Positions 1 to 9,119 of a stretch of DNA of 46,830 nucleotides are shown in pieces. The first letter of the stretch is position 1; the number at the start of each line of letters is the position of its first letter. The notes under the pieces were generated by a model that was not told where the DNA came from, ran no database searches, and saw only the letters and a program-made list of their open reading frames with translations. Origin of the DNA: Bdellovibrionales bacterium (GTDB lineage: Bacteria > Bdellovibrionota > Bdellovibrionia > Bdellovibrionales > JAMPXM01); assembly GCA_043739185.1 (NCBI GenBank), contig JAYUEN010000180.1, positions 1-46,830 of the forward strand, in the 5' to 3' direction. The position numbers and the translations under genes are program-made.

Positions 1-1
1 C

Positions 2-82
2 TTTGACGCGAGATTTGACAGAGGGATTACTCAATGGGCAGTAGCCGATGGTATAAACATCGATTTGATAAATTTGACATGA
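2..82 (+). CDS. Possible 3' end of a gene entering from the left edge (partial)
   Basis: Open frame FDARFDRGITQWAVADGINIDLINLT* runs from the window edge to TGA at 80-82; no family recognised. Confidence 0.3.
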   Translation, partial: FDARFDRGITQWAVADGINIDLINLT

Positions 83-495
83 GCACTTCTGACTCAGACT
101 CGCATTCATTTACATTTTTTGACACTAAAAATTGGTCGCTCTAAATATAGATTCATCGACATTCGAAAACACGCTATCAAGAGTTTTTAATCAGTTAGAT
201 TTTGCAATCTTCAAAATATTTTTTCAAGTCTGACTTGCTAGTAATGAGACTGGCAATGAAGGCAAGCTGAGACTCGATTTCACTAGTATCTCCAGTAGAG
301 ACATTAAGAAGAGCTCGTGACAGCAAGCGCACGAAGATCATCAGCCCGGCGTTTTTTAACCCGAATCTGAGAATGAGCTAAGTCGGCAAGTCTCGACTCG
401 AGAGAGCGTGTGCGATAGAGTTATGCGTTTTTAAACTTTGTATGTTGGTTGGCGTTCCCGTTACTTCACAATTTGACGAGCGGTTTTGACAAACC

Positions 496-523
496 CAACT
501 GCACACGAATGGGTGTGCAGTTG
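496..523 (-). terminator. Hairpin, likely terminator of the 548..1060 gene
   Basis: Perfect 11-bp inverted repeat CAACTGCACAC-GAATGG-GTGTGCAGTTG about 25 bp past the stop; U-tract is weak. Confidence 0.55.
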
Positions 524-547
524 CAAATCTAAATTATCTAAATATAT

Positions 548-1060
<513 letters not shown>

Positions 1061-1764
1061 TTTTCCCCCTTGAGTGTTTCATTATTTAGGATGCAAAGAG
1101 ACAGGCCAAAGTTTCAATATAATACAAGCTTATAAGAAATTGTTTTGCCTCGTGATTCTCATTTTAAAACGGACTCAAAGAGGGGCATCGATTCAGAGTG
1201 TAAAATAGAGTTTAGACAAATGATTGGGTTCTAGACGCCTCAAATTTAGATTTCATAAGGCTTTTCAGGCACAATTTGCTTATTCGAATAAAACTTTCTT
1301 TTTATGTTTCCATTTTTGTAGTTTATCTTGATGAGCGCAAAAATGAGGATATTTTAAAGCTGTAAAATTGGCTTCGAGCCAATCACCGCATCGTTGATAT
1401 CGAAAAGGTCGATCGCAAGACGGCCACAACAGCAATTATCGGACCGAAAATTCCCGAGCTTCGTCGACCATTAAACAAGTTGCCGCTGAAAGCCCTCGCA
1501 TAAAATATTACAAGAACCTAGTCGCTTTATGTCTCGATGAAGCTGCGAGTGTTGATATCACGATGTACTCTGGAGGGGGTATTGCACAAAAACAAATAAT
1601 TTTACACCGTAAAATTGGAATACTTTTTGTCTTGGCTACACGTCAAAAGTCGAGTTCGTATGCTCGACGCAACTCATCGATTTTGTTAGCGATGGCTCTT
1701 CTGACTTACAAGATCTTCGTATTTCGGGAAATTAATGATTTTTTCTGTTTCGATTGTATGCGGT

Positions 1765-1965
1765 TTATGAAGCCTTTTTGGGCTTGGTAGGACTTTGAAT
1801 TTTGACAATTAGATTTAATTTTTCACGGTGGAGTTGGTCTTGAATTGCGAGTTCAACAAGAGTTGCTTCCATCAAACCAATCTTCTTTGCGACCTTTGAG
1901 ATCGTTAATTTGCGCCGCAAACTTTTGATTTTAGGCACAAGATGTTGGCGTTCATTTGAACCCAT
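1765..1965 (-). CDS. Small putative HTH DNA-binding protein
   Basis: KIKSLRRKLTISKVAKKIGLMEATL resembles a Cro/XRE-type helix-turn-helix. Confidence 0.45.
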   Translation of the reverse strand: MGSNERQHLVPKIKSLRRKLTISKVAKKIGLMEATLVELAIQDQLHREKLNLIVKIQSPTKPKKAS

Positions 1966-2099
1966 GAATTTAATGCTGACTAAATCTCAGTCGCTGTCTC
2001 TATATCTTTAAATCATGTATTTCTAATTTATAAATAGAAAGGAATTTTTATGAAAAGTGAAAAGACTTTCTTATTTAGCTCGAATTTTTGCTTTCAAAA

Positions 2100-3305
2100 C
2101 TAATCTTTTAAACCTGACAATTGAGGAATCGTAAAATTAAAAGTACTTCCTTCACCGAGCTTTGAGCTAACCCACAGGCGCCCTTGATGGGCTTCGACAA
2201 GCATTTTAGATATATAAAGACCCAAACCCAGTCCGACTCGATTATTTACACCCAGCTGTGCGTACCGCTCAAAAACTTTAAGTCTTTTCTCTTCAGGAAT
2301 ACCTGGTCCAGAATCACAAACAGAAACTTGAAGCTCAGTTTCATTAAAAACTATCTCGATAGTGATGGTACCGCTTTCAGGTGTAAATTTAATAGCGTTC
2401 CCGATCAGGTTATAAAGTACCTGTATTATGCGATCCTTATCACAAAAAGCTTCACTAGGAATATCAGTTTGTAGGGTCTTAAGAAGCACATTTTTTGCGA
2501 GGGCCCCTGGAGCAAAGCTCTCGACGACTTCCTGGATGATTTGGCTAATGTCGTGCTTTTCCAGTTTGAGTTGAAGCTTTCCACCCTCAATGCGTTCCAT
2601 ATCCAGTAAATCAGCGATTAATCGCAATGACGTATCAATATTTCTTTTTATGAGCTCAACAGATTTGCGCGCTTCAGTTCCTAAAATCAAAAACGCAGGG
2701 TCTTCTAAAAGCATTTCTGCACACATGGAAGCCGTACCAATTGGATTCTTGAGATCGTGACTGACGATTGCTAGAAACTCATCTCTAGTGGTCAAAGAAA
2801 TCTTAGTCTTGGAGTGCTCTGAAACCTCATCCGAAAGTAGGCCAGTTGTATGTTTTATTTTTGAGTCAGTTCTAGTTCGCTCGGCAGAAAGATTTTTGTC
2901 CGTCAACTTTCGCTCTTGTTCGAGCAACTGACTTGCAAGTGCACTTTTTAATTCACGTTCTTTATCAATTGCGAGATCAACTCGGGACCGCTCTAACTCA
3001 ACCGCTTTATCTGATCGATCTCTTTCGTTGAGCAACTGATCACTGCCAATTTGTTTCTCATCTTTGGTGACATATCCTGACTCCTCTCTTTTTTTATTGG
3101 AATCGGAGTCGGCTATATCGCGCGATTCTGATGTGGTTTGATCTGCCTCAAGTCGTTCGCCTTGAACCTGCTTGTCAGTTTGACGTTCGGTGCTGGATTT
3201 TGATTTCTTCAGAGATTCATTTGTCTTATCGCGCTCTGCGACTAAGCTGTCGTCAGTCTTCTTTCGCTCATCTTTTAAAAACGGGTTTGATTGAGAAAAA
3301 TCCAT
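2100..3305 (-). CDS. Soluble sensor histidine kinase (HisKA + HATPase_c) with repetitive coiled-coil N-terminus
   Basis: H-box FLAIVSHDLKNP, N-box NLIGNAIKF, G1 DSGPGI, G2 GLGLGL; no TM segment; ATG at 3305 preferred to TTG at 3320. Confidence 0.93.
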   Translation of the reverse strand: MDFSQSNPFLKDERKKTDDSLVAERDKTNESLKKSKSSTERQTDKQVQGERLEADQTTSESRDIADSDSNKKREESGYVTKDEKQIGSDQLLNERDRSDKAVELERSRVDLAIDKERELKSALASQLLEQERKLTDKNLSAERTRTDSKIKHTTGLLSDEVSEHSKTKISLTTRDEFLAIVSHDLKNPIGTASMCAEMLLEDPAFLILGTEARKSVELIKRNIDTSLRLIADLLDMERIEGGKLQLKLEKHDISQIIQEVVESFAPGALAKNVLLKTLQTDIPSEAFCDKDRIIQVLYNLIGNAIKFTPESGTITIEIVFNETELQVSVCDSGPGIPEEKRLKVFERYAQLGVNNRVGLGLGLYISKMLVEAHQGRLWVSSKLGEGSTFNFTIPQLSGLKD

Positions 3306-3860
3306 AAAGCTCCTACGCAATCGATCCGAAGAACGGGGTAGTTCATTCTAAATTCATTCTCCGACGACTGACACGATTACTATATCACGCTAAAATTAAT
3401 ATTAGTCGCTTAAACCATGCTGGATAGCGCCAGGAGCTCCTATCTCTTGCTGGGCGGATATGGACTTCAAAATTTAATTTATCCAATGCAGTTGCGTTTC
3501 ATTTCAAATGACAGTTTTTTATCAAAGAGCCCATATTTGTTTTAACGCACGAATTTCTTATTCCGAATTCCAGTAACGGTAGTTCAAAAGTCTCAAAAAA
3601 ATTCTCGAATTGTAGACCCAGCTTGGGTTTCCCAGTCGACTATGGGTGCGTTAAGTATACTTTGTAGTGGTTGAGCTCCATAAACCCGTACTTTCTTTAG
3701 CGCTTAAGTCTCAGCGCCTCTCAGCTTTCGTGATAAGACTTTTTCAGAAATAATTCCAATTCTTTTTGCGGAATTCGAAGTGAAGTAATAGCCATTCTTT
3801 CTGAGGAAAACTAGAGTGCTGTTTTAGCAAGAGCGACGCGGTTATAAGCCCGCCGTAACA

Positions 3861-4310
3861 TCAGGCCGAATGCTTCTCAAGATCAATTTTAATCGCGGCA
3901 GGTTTTTCAACCGCAACATCAGTGAGCATTTCATAGACCGAACGAAACTCTTTGTCTTTGGGTGCAAGCATCTCAAGAGCGAAAAGCCGAATATCCTTTT
4001 CCGTCGTCCATGTCATGCCAGTGACATGATTTTTGGCCTTTTCCCATTTGAGAACCGCAGGGTGGGTTACATCAAAACGTTCTGCAAATTGCGATAAAGT
4101 CATCTCCGCAAACAAACGAATGAAGTGAATTTCATTTCCAGTTAGTTTACTTTGCTTCATAACCAAGGCCTCAACAACTCGCTGCTGAAGAACTTTTTGA
4201 TTGATATCTGGAACCCACTCACCACGAATTTCGATCATCGGTGCGTTTAAAAGAGTGACCGAAAAGCCAAAACCGTGGTCCTGATATGTTTTTTGAAATT
4301 TCTTTTTCAT
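3861..4310 (-). CDS. HTH antitoxin-like protein (MqsA/YgiT-like architecture)
   Basis: C-terminal XRE HTH LTGNEIHFIRLFAEMTLSQFAERFDVTHPAVLKWEK; ATGA overlap with the upstream gene. Confidence 0.75.
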   Translation of the reverse strand: MKKKFQKTYQDHGFGFSVTLLNAPMIEIRGEWVPDINQKVLQQRVVEALVMKQSKLTGNEIHFIRLFAEMTLSQFAERFDVTHPAVLKWEKAKNHVTGMTWTTEKDIRLFALEMLAPKDKEFRSVYEMLTDVAVEKPAAIKIDLEKHSA

Positions 4311-4627
4311 ACTCTCTCATCCTCTTTATCTAAATCAATCGTCGTGATAACAAAAACTCCTGGACTGACTACGGCCACAATAATTCTAAGATTTCTTTTG
4401 TCGACTGTTTTGCCTCGAATCGAATAGTCCCAGGCCTTTTCTTTTTCATTAAAAGTATCTTTTCGTGGCTCGTGATGTCCATTTTTAAGAACATATTCAA
4501 CCTCAGGCTTTATAATTCCACGCTGTTTCATGCGTTCATTGGCATGTCCAGAATACAGAACCTTGCCCGATTGAGCCGCCGCCGAAACTATTTTGATGAT
4601 GCCAGAGGCCTTTGGCGGTCGACTCAT
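4307..4627 (-). CDS. DUF4258-family putative ribonuclease toxin
   Basis: YSGHANERMKQRGI...EVEYVLKNG...YSIRGKTVDKRNLRIIV...VITTI matches the DUF4258 (RelE/BrnT-like) pattern. Confidence 0.8.
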   Translation of the reverse strand: MSRPPKASGIIKIVSAAAQSGKVLYSGHANERMKQRGIIKPEVEYVLKNGHHEPRKDTFNEKEKAWDYSIRGKTVDKRNLRIIVAVVSPGVFVITTIDLDKEDERV

Positions 4628-4633
4628 TTGAGC

Positions 4634-4662
4634 ATTGTAACTCAGTTACATTATGATTTCAA
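4634..4662 (-). promoter_or_regulatory. sigma70 promoter with overlapping palindromic operator (TA operon)
   Basis: Minus strand TTGAAA-N17-TACAAT, 6 nt before ATG; perfect TGTAAC-TCA-GTTACA at 4636-4650 overlaps the -10 box and spacer. Confidence 0.75.
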
Positions 4663-4850
4663 GCAAAATTTCAGGGCTTAAAATGAGAAAATCCGGCTAC
4701 AGAATGCTATCAAAAAAATAAATTTTCAATGTCCGCATGTTGACCCCCTGTAACCACTCGACCGGACATCGCAAAGCAAGCCGCCAAAATTCAATTTTCA
4801 TAATAAGGCTCATGTACATACGGCGGAACGCAGCCACGAGGAACTCTTCT

Positions 4851-5130
4851 CTAAAGCTCGCTGACCACCCCCTCTCTACATAAGGTATAGAGGAGGTGGT
4901 CAGCGAGACGAAGAGTTGACAAAAGTGGCTGCGGATACAAGATTAAGTTTAAACCAAATGCTGGTGGCGTGTTGGTATCGTGATCGCCAACAATGAGAGT
5001 GACGATTGTTTGTTTTGGAATAATTTGTTGTTGCGGGACTACCCCTGCCAAACCGAAGACAACTAAGGCATACGGAACAACTGTATTGCCAATGGATCTA
5101 GAACCAAAGGCTTTGACATAAATAAGTTAC
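4851..5130 (-). pseudogene. Degraded remnant, possibly an alpha/beta-hydrolase C-terminus
   Basis: Frame reads ...IVTLIVGDHDTNTPPAFG (like hydrolase L-I-G-x-x-D-x-x-x-P); upstream frame broken by stops, no good start. Confidence 0.3.
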
Positions 5131-5375
5131 TCATGATTCAAATCGAGACTTCGATCGTTTATTACCAAAGATCTATTTATGAATCCCTTTATTATGTTCA
5201 CTTAGCCTACACCTACACGAACTTGACAGCTAAATGCGATTCTTTGTCGAATGCGCTAGAGCCTCAATTTGCAATTAGATATTTGAAGTATCAAGAGCTT
5301 TTGGGATTTGCCTCAATGCTTTTGACAAGCACTTTTTGTCAAACTTATGAACACGATTAAAAGGCGATTATCAAA

Positions 5376-7280
5376 ATGAGAATACCCACCCAAAAAAATC
5401 TATCATCAGCCCTTGCAAAATTGACACTTCTCAGTTTTGCCATAGTGTTAAATAGTTTTTTATATACAAATTGTTCTGGCCAAGGCTTCAGTACGATTTC
5501 AGTGAGCTCAAGCGGAAGCGCCACTGACAGCTCAGCTACCAATTCAAAGATCCCGGGCAAGTACCTGGATGCCACTTTTACCTTGGGAACCCGCACAGCT
5601 TTCAGTATTTTCAATACTGACTTTACTCCGAATAATTCCTTCTATGTGGATGCGAATCGCGGCAACGACGCCAATCCAGGAACTTGGGGATTGCCGTTCA
5701 AAACAGTGGCACGCGCTCAAGCCGAGGTTCGAAGCCTGCTGGCCACTAAACCGGCGGCGGGCAACATCGCAGTGAACCTCTCCGGCCAATTCTGGTTGTC
5801 GACTCCGTTGACTTTCACTTCAGTGGATTCGGGACAAAACGGAAACTTCGTCATTTATCAAAGCGTATCTAATCCGCAAGCAATGATTAGCGGAGGCACG
5901 CTTCTGTCAAACGCATGGAAATTGGCGAACCCTGCCCTGAACATCTATAGTATGCCTGTCGGCTCGCTGAGATTCCGAAATCTTTATGTGAATGGCCTGC
6001 GTGCCCAAAGAGCCCGAAGTTCCCTTCCGCTCTCGATGTCCACGACCAATTCGACAGGGGCCGACGTGAGTTCATGCGGGCTTCCCACCGTCGCTTCGGA
6101 TACTCCTGTGGAAATAGTCACACTCCTCCAGTGGGAGGTTTTTCGCTGCCAGGGTATTTGGCACCCAAATCAGACCGTCACGGCCAGTCAACCATGTTGG
6201 GGTCAGATGCTGACTTCTTATGCTGGAGCGCCAAGTAAGATCTCATGGTTAGAAAATGCATTGGCGTTTTTGACTCAGAAGGGACAATGGTTCTTGGATT
6301 CCACTGTTGGAGTACTCTACTATATCCCGCGCACTGGCGAAGATATGACATTAGCGCAAGTTATCGCTCCACAGCAGATGAATTTGATTCAAGCCAACAA
6401 GCTCGCAAATGTCGCTTTTTTGGGAATCGAATTCAGCCACACAAATTGGAATGAACCGGATTCTCCCAATGGATATGTGAATGCGCAAGCGGAGGCCTTT
6501 GCGCCTGGCTCATGGGCGGCCTGGGTCAGCACCCCCTCCGCATTTGAATGTGTCGGCTGTAACAATATTTTGGTGATGGACTCGAAATTCGACCATCTGG
6601 GTACGGCTGGAATTCATTTCGGTGGGGGGGCATCCACGAATCTCTTCTTCAATAACACCATTAGTGACACGTCCGCCGGAGGGATTCAGATCGGGGGCTT
6701 CTCCGCGGCTGATGCTAACGATCCAACCCTGCTTTCGACTGGCAACTCAGTCGAAAACAATATGATCTCTAGTATTGGACAAGAATTTTTCGGTTCGGTT
6801 GGCATCTTTCAGGGCTATGCCGCCAGATCAAAAATCATCGGTAACACAATACACGATATTCCTTACACCGGAATATCCGTGGGATGGGGATGGACGCTCG
6901 ATGCCTCCCCCAACAGTCATGACAACTTGATTCTGAACAACCACATATATAACGGCACGCTGGTTATGCAGGATGGAGGCGGGATCTACACGCTGTCTCA
7001 GCAAATGGGCACTCAGATTTCAAATAATTACATCCATGATTTAGGAGGCGGCTTGCCTGGAGTCCACAACGGCATTTTTAGTAACGGGATTTACCTCGAC
7101 AACGGAAGCGAGTACATGACTATCAGTAACAACGTTGAGGTCCGCATTCCTTCGCTTGGTATATTTATCCAGAACATTGCTATGCCATTTGCATTGAACA
7201 ACTCAACTCCCCCCAATTCGTTATCTGACTCGGAGATTGAGCTTTCTGCCGGAGTGCGCTCCTTGCCTCGTCATCCTTAG
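5376..7280 (+). CDS. Lipoprotein with right-handed beta-helix, GH141-like glycoside hydrolase
   Basis: YTNC lipobox-like motif and Ser-rich linker; GNDANPGT..PFKT..RAQ, PYTGISVGWGW, DGGGIYTL and GIYLDNGS motifs typical of GH141-like beta-helix proteins. Confidence 0.75.
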   Translation: MRIPTQKNLSSALAKLTLLSFAIVLNSFLYTNCSGQGFSTISVSSSGSATDSSATNSKIPGKYLDATFTLGTRTAFSIFNTDFTPNNSFYVDANRGNDANPGTWGLPFKTVARAQAEVRSLLATKPAAGNIAVNLSGQFWLSTPLTFTSVDSGQNGNFVIYQSVSNPQAMISGGTLLSNAWKLANPALNIYSMPVGSLRFRNLYVNGLRAQRARSSLPLSMSTTNSTGADVSSCGLPTVASDTPVEIVTLLQWEVFRCQGIWHPNQTVTASQPCWGQMLTSYAGAPSKISWLENALAFLTQKGQWFLDSTVGVLYYIPRTGEDMTLAQVIAPQQMNLIQANKLANVAFLGIEFSHTNWNEPDSPNGYVNAQAEAFAPGSWAAWVSTPSAFECVGCNNILVMDSKFDHLGTAGIHFGGGASTNLFFNNTISDTSAGGIQIGGFSAADANDPTLLSTGNSVENNMISSIGQEFFGSVGIFQGYAARSKIIGNTIHDIPYTGISVGWGWTLDASPNSHDNLILNNHIYNGTLVMQDGGGIYTLSQQMGTQISNNYIHDLGGGLPGVHNGIFSNGIYLDNGSEYMTISNNVEVRIPSLGIFIQNIAMPFALNNSTPPNSLSDSEIELSAGVRSLPRHP

Positions 7281-7565
7281 GCTGGTTAAAGAGCTTCAAC
7301 TTCAAATACGATTCTGCTAGATATCGTGATGTTTTACGATCTCACTTGTTGTTTAATTTTTTGTTGGTTTGTAACGATTCTGTAAACACCGGCGTGGATC
7401 AAACTGCTTTGTATAGGGACAAGCACAGGTTGAAAACCTGAGTGCATCTTTGTAAAGCACCACTCTGTGACGCGTTTAGCTGGTCGCAATACGACTATTA
7501 AGAAATAATAATCTGTTATATTTTGATTCTTCAAAGCTTTGATCCAATTTATTGTCGGGAGACCT

Positions 7566-7805
7566 ATGGCACAACCATCATCGAAGTATATTAAAGGCGA
7601 TAAAGTTTCATACAGAAACCTCGCCTCCCCAGCAGCAAAATGCGAAATCGTTTCTGTTCATTGGAATAAGGTCTATAGTCGATGGGAATACAATATTTTA
7701 TCGGGTTCAGGTGCCCGCCAACTCAATGTGCCTGAAAGCGATCTATTGACTGACGAAAAATTAAAGCAAGTTATTCCTAAAAAGAAAAAAGCTAAGAAGT
7801 CTTAG
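7566..7805 (+). CDS. Small basic protein, possible SH3/Tudor-like beta-barrel
   Basis: GGGAG RBS before ATG 7566; KYIKGDKVSY...W.Y.I...VPESDL pattern; Lys-rich tail. Confidence 0.6.
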   Translation: MAQPSSKYIKGDKVSYRNLASPAAKCEIVSVHWNKVYSRWEYNILSGSGARQLNVPESDLLTDEKLKQVIPKKKKAKKS

Positions 7806-7971
7806 CTTTAGCAATTCTCGCAAGTTCTAATTTCAATATTAGTCTTAAAAAGTAGACTGAAAAATCTCCGCTAAAATCTCGAAAAAAATACCTTTCGAAA
7901 TTAAATAATTCTCGATTTAGAGACCTGTTACAAAATTCGTAATCCTTTCGATATCTTAAAAATTCGCCCAA

Positions 7972-8157
7972 CTAATTAAATTTTGGTCCTCTCATTGCTT
8001 TTCCAAAACGCCTGCAAGCGTAGGTTGAGCCGCAGCAGTTATCGCCTGAAATTTGAACGATGCAATCGGAGTGGATTTTGCACTTAGGTTCATTTGCGAT
8101 TTTTGGTGCGCCAAAAACTGAAGAAGTTGTAAAAAGAAGCATCAATAGTAATTTCAT
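7972..8157 (-). CDS. Small secreted Cys-rich peptide (possibly truncated)
   Basis: Signal peptide followed by C-x4-DC-x8-CC-x5-C; TTGACT-N16-TATCCT promoter-like motif directly upstream. Confidence 0.55.
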   Translation of the reverse strand: MKLLLMLLFTTSSVFGAPKIANEPKCKIHSDCIVQISGDNCCGSTYACRRFGKAMRGPKFN

Positions 8158-8277
8158 CAGATAAGGATAGAGTTCCCCCAGTATCAGTCAACCGACTAAT
8201 GCCTGAAGTCTTAGGCTACTTCATTTTTGAATTGGCCTTGTGTCGACATATTTTCAAAATGAGACAGTATTTTATGC

Positions 8278-8305
8278 TCAATTTGTTTGAGTAATATTCC
8301 GACAA
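8278..8305 (+). promoter_or_regulatory. sigma28 (FliA)-like promoter
   Basis: TCAA-N16-TCCGACAA, 9 nt before ATG 8315 (consensus TAAA-N15-GCCGATAA). Confidence 0.4.
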
Positions 8306-8314
8306 GATCGAATC

Positions 8315-8902
8315 ATGAATATTGATTTCGTAGCCTCATTATTGAGATCGAAATGGTCAGGCCTTCTTTTCATTGCATTCTTTGCTGTGAGCCAGACTCT
8401 TCCTCGCGCGCTGGGATGGGCGCACTTGGCATTTCTACCCTCCATAAAAACCAAGGAGCTAGCCTCGTCAAAACTTCCATTCGAAGCTCAACAGAAACTC
8501 TATATTCAATACCATCAAAACCTATGTCGAGCGGTTGAAATCTGCCAAACCATGGACTCTAGAAAGCCCGCCTCAACGATAAGCTTGGATTGTGAGCTCT
8601 CTGCAAAACAAATTGCTACAGTACCCATTCCGACAGATTTGCCAAAAAGTATTCAAAAAAATATGCAGGCCAATCAGAGCTCGCTTATCAATTCGACTCA
8701 ATACATATCTAGATCTTGGAGTAATTCTGGGGTGCTTTCTCTGCGCTCCCTAGCAAGATGGGAGATTGACACCTGCGGCTTGGACAGTGTCTCGCAAAAA
8801 CTACATCGACTCTATCAATTAGACCAGCTCACACACAGTAAACTAGTTACCTGTACTGAAATACAAAAACTGCCAAAAGATGATTCAATTATAGCAAAAT
8901 GA
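8315..8902 (+). CDS. Hypothetical protein with N-terminal hydrophobic segment
   Basis: 195-aa ORF with N-terminal TM or signal segment; no family recognised. Confidence 0.65.
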   Translation: MNIDFVASLLRSKWSGLLFIAFFAVSQTLPRALGWAHLAFLPSIKTKELASSKLPFEAQQKLYIQYHQNLCRAVEICQTMDSRKPASTISLDCELSAKQIATVPIPTDLPKSIQKNMQANQSSLINSTQYISRSWSNSGVLSLRSLARWEIDTCGLDSVSQKLHRLYQLDQLTHSKLVTCTEIQKLPKDDSIIAK

Positions 8903-9050
8903 AAATGCTCTCAATCGCTCCTCGTGGTTTCTCGAAGAGTTTGAGTCGATGATCTTAAGTTTGAAGCGACACTTTTGGATCTGTCGTTTTTAAGAATCGA
9001 AAAGCAAATGCTAGCAAAAAAGCTCCCGCGATTCACGTACTTTCCCATAC

Positions 9051-9119
9051 TTGTTAGCAGAGGCTGATCGGGTCATTACTCTAGAAGACGGGCGAATCAT
9101 AAAGGAAGAGGTTATTTAA
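9051..9119 (+). pseudogene. Remnant of an ABC-transporter ATPase C-terminus
   Basis: Reads LLAEADRVITLEDGRIIKEEVI*, the typical ABC ATPase ending; no Walker motifs upstream. Confidence 0.5.

Noticed and set aside
1092..1108. sigma54 promoter for the Gly-rich gene (TGGCCTGTCTCTTTGCA)
   Set aside because: GG-to-GC spacing is 11 rather than the strict 10, so it was not called
1470..1495. GTTGCCGCTGAAA as a fourth copy of the dispersed element
   Set aside because: Similarity is limited to about 12 bp and the flanks do not align
1563..1790. 75-aa plus-strand ORF
   Set aside because: No RBS or motif, and it overlaps the end of the HTH-like ORF in a decayed region
7334..7534. 66-aa minus-strand ORF
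   Set aside because: TTG start without an RBS and no recognisable features
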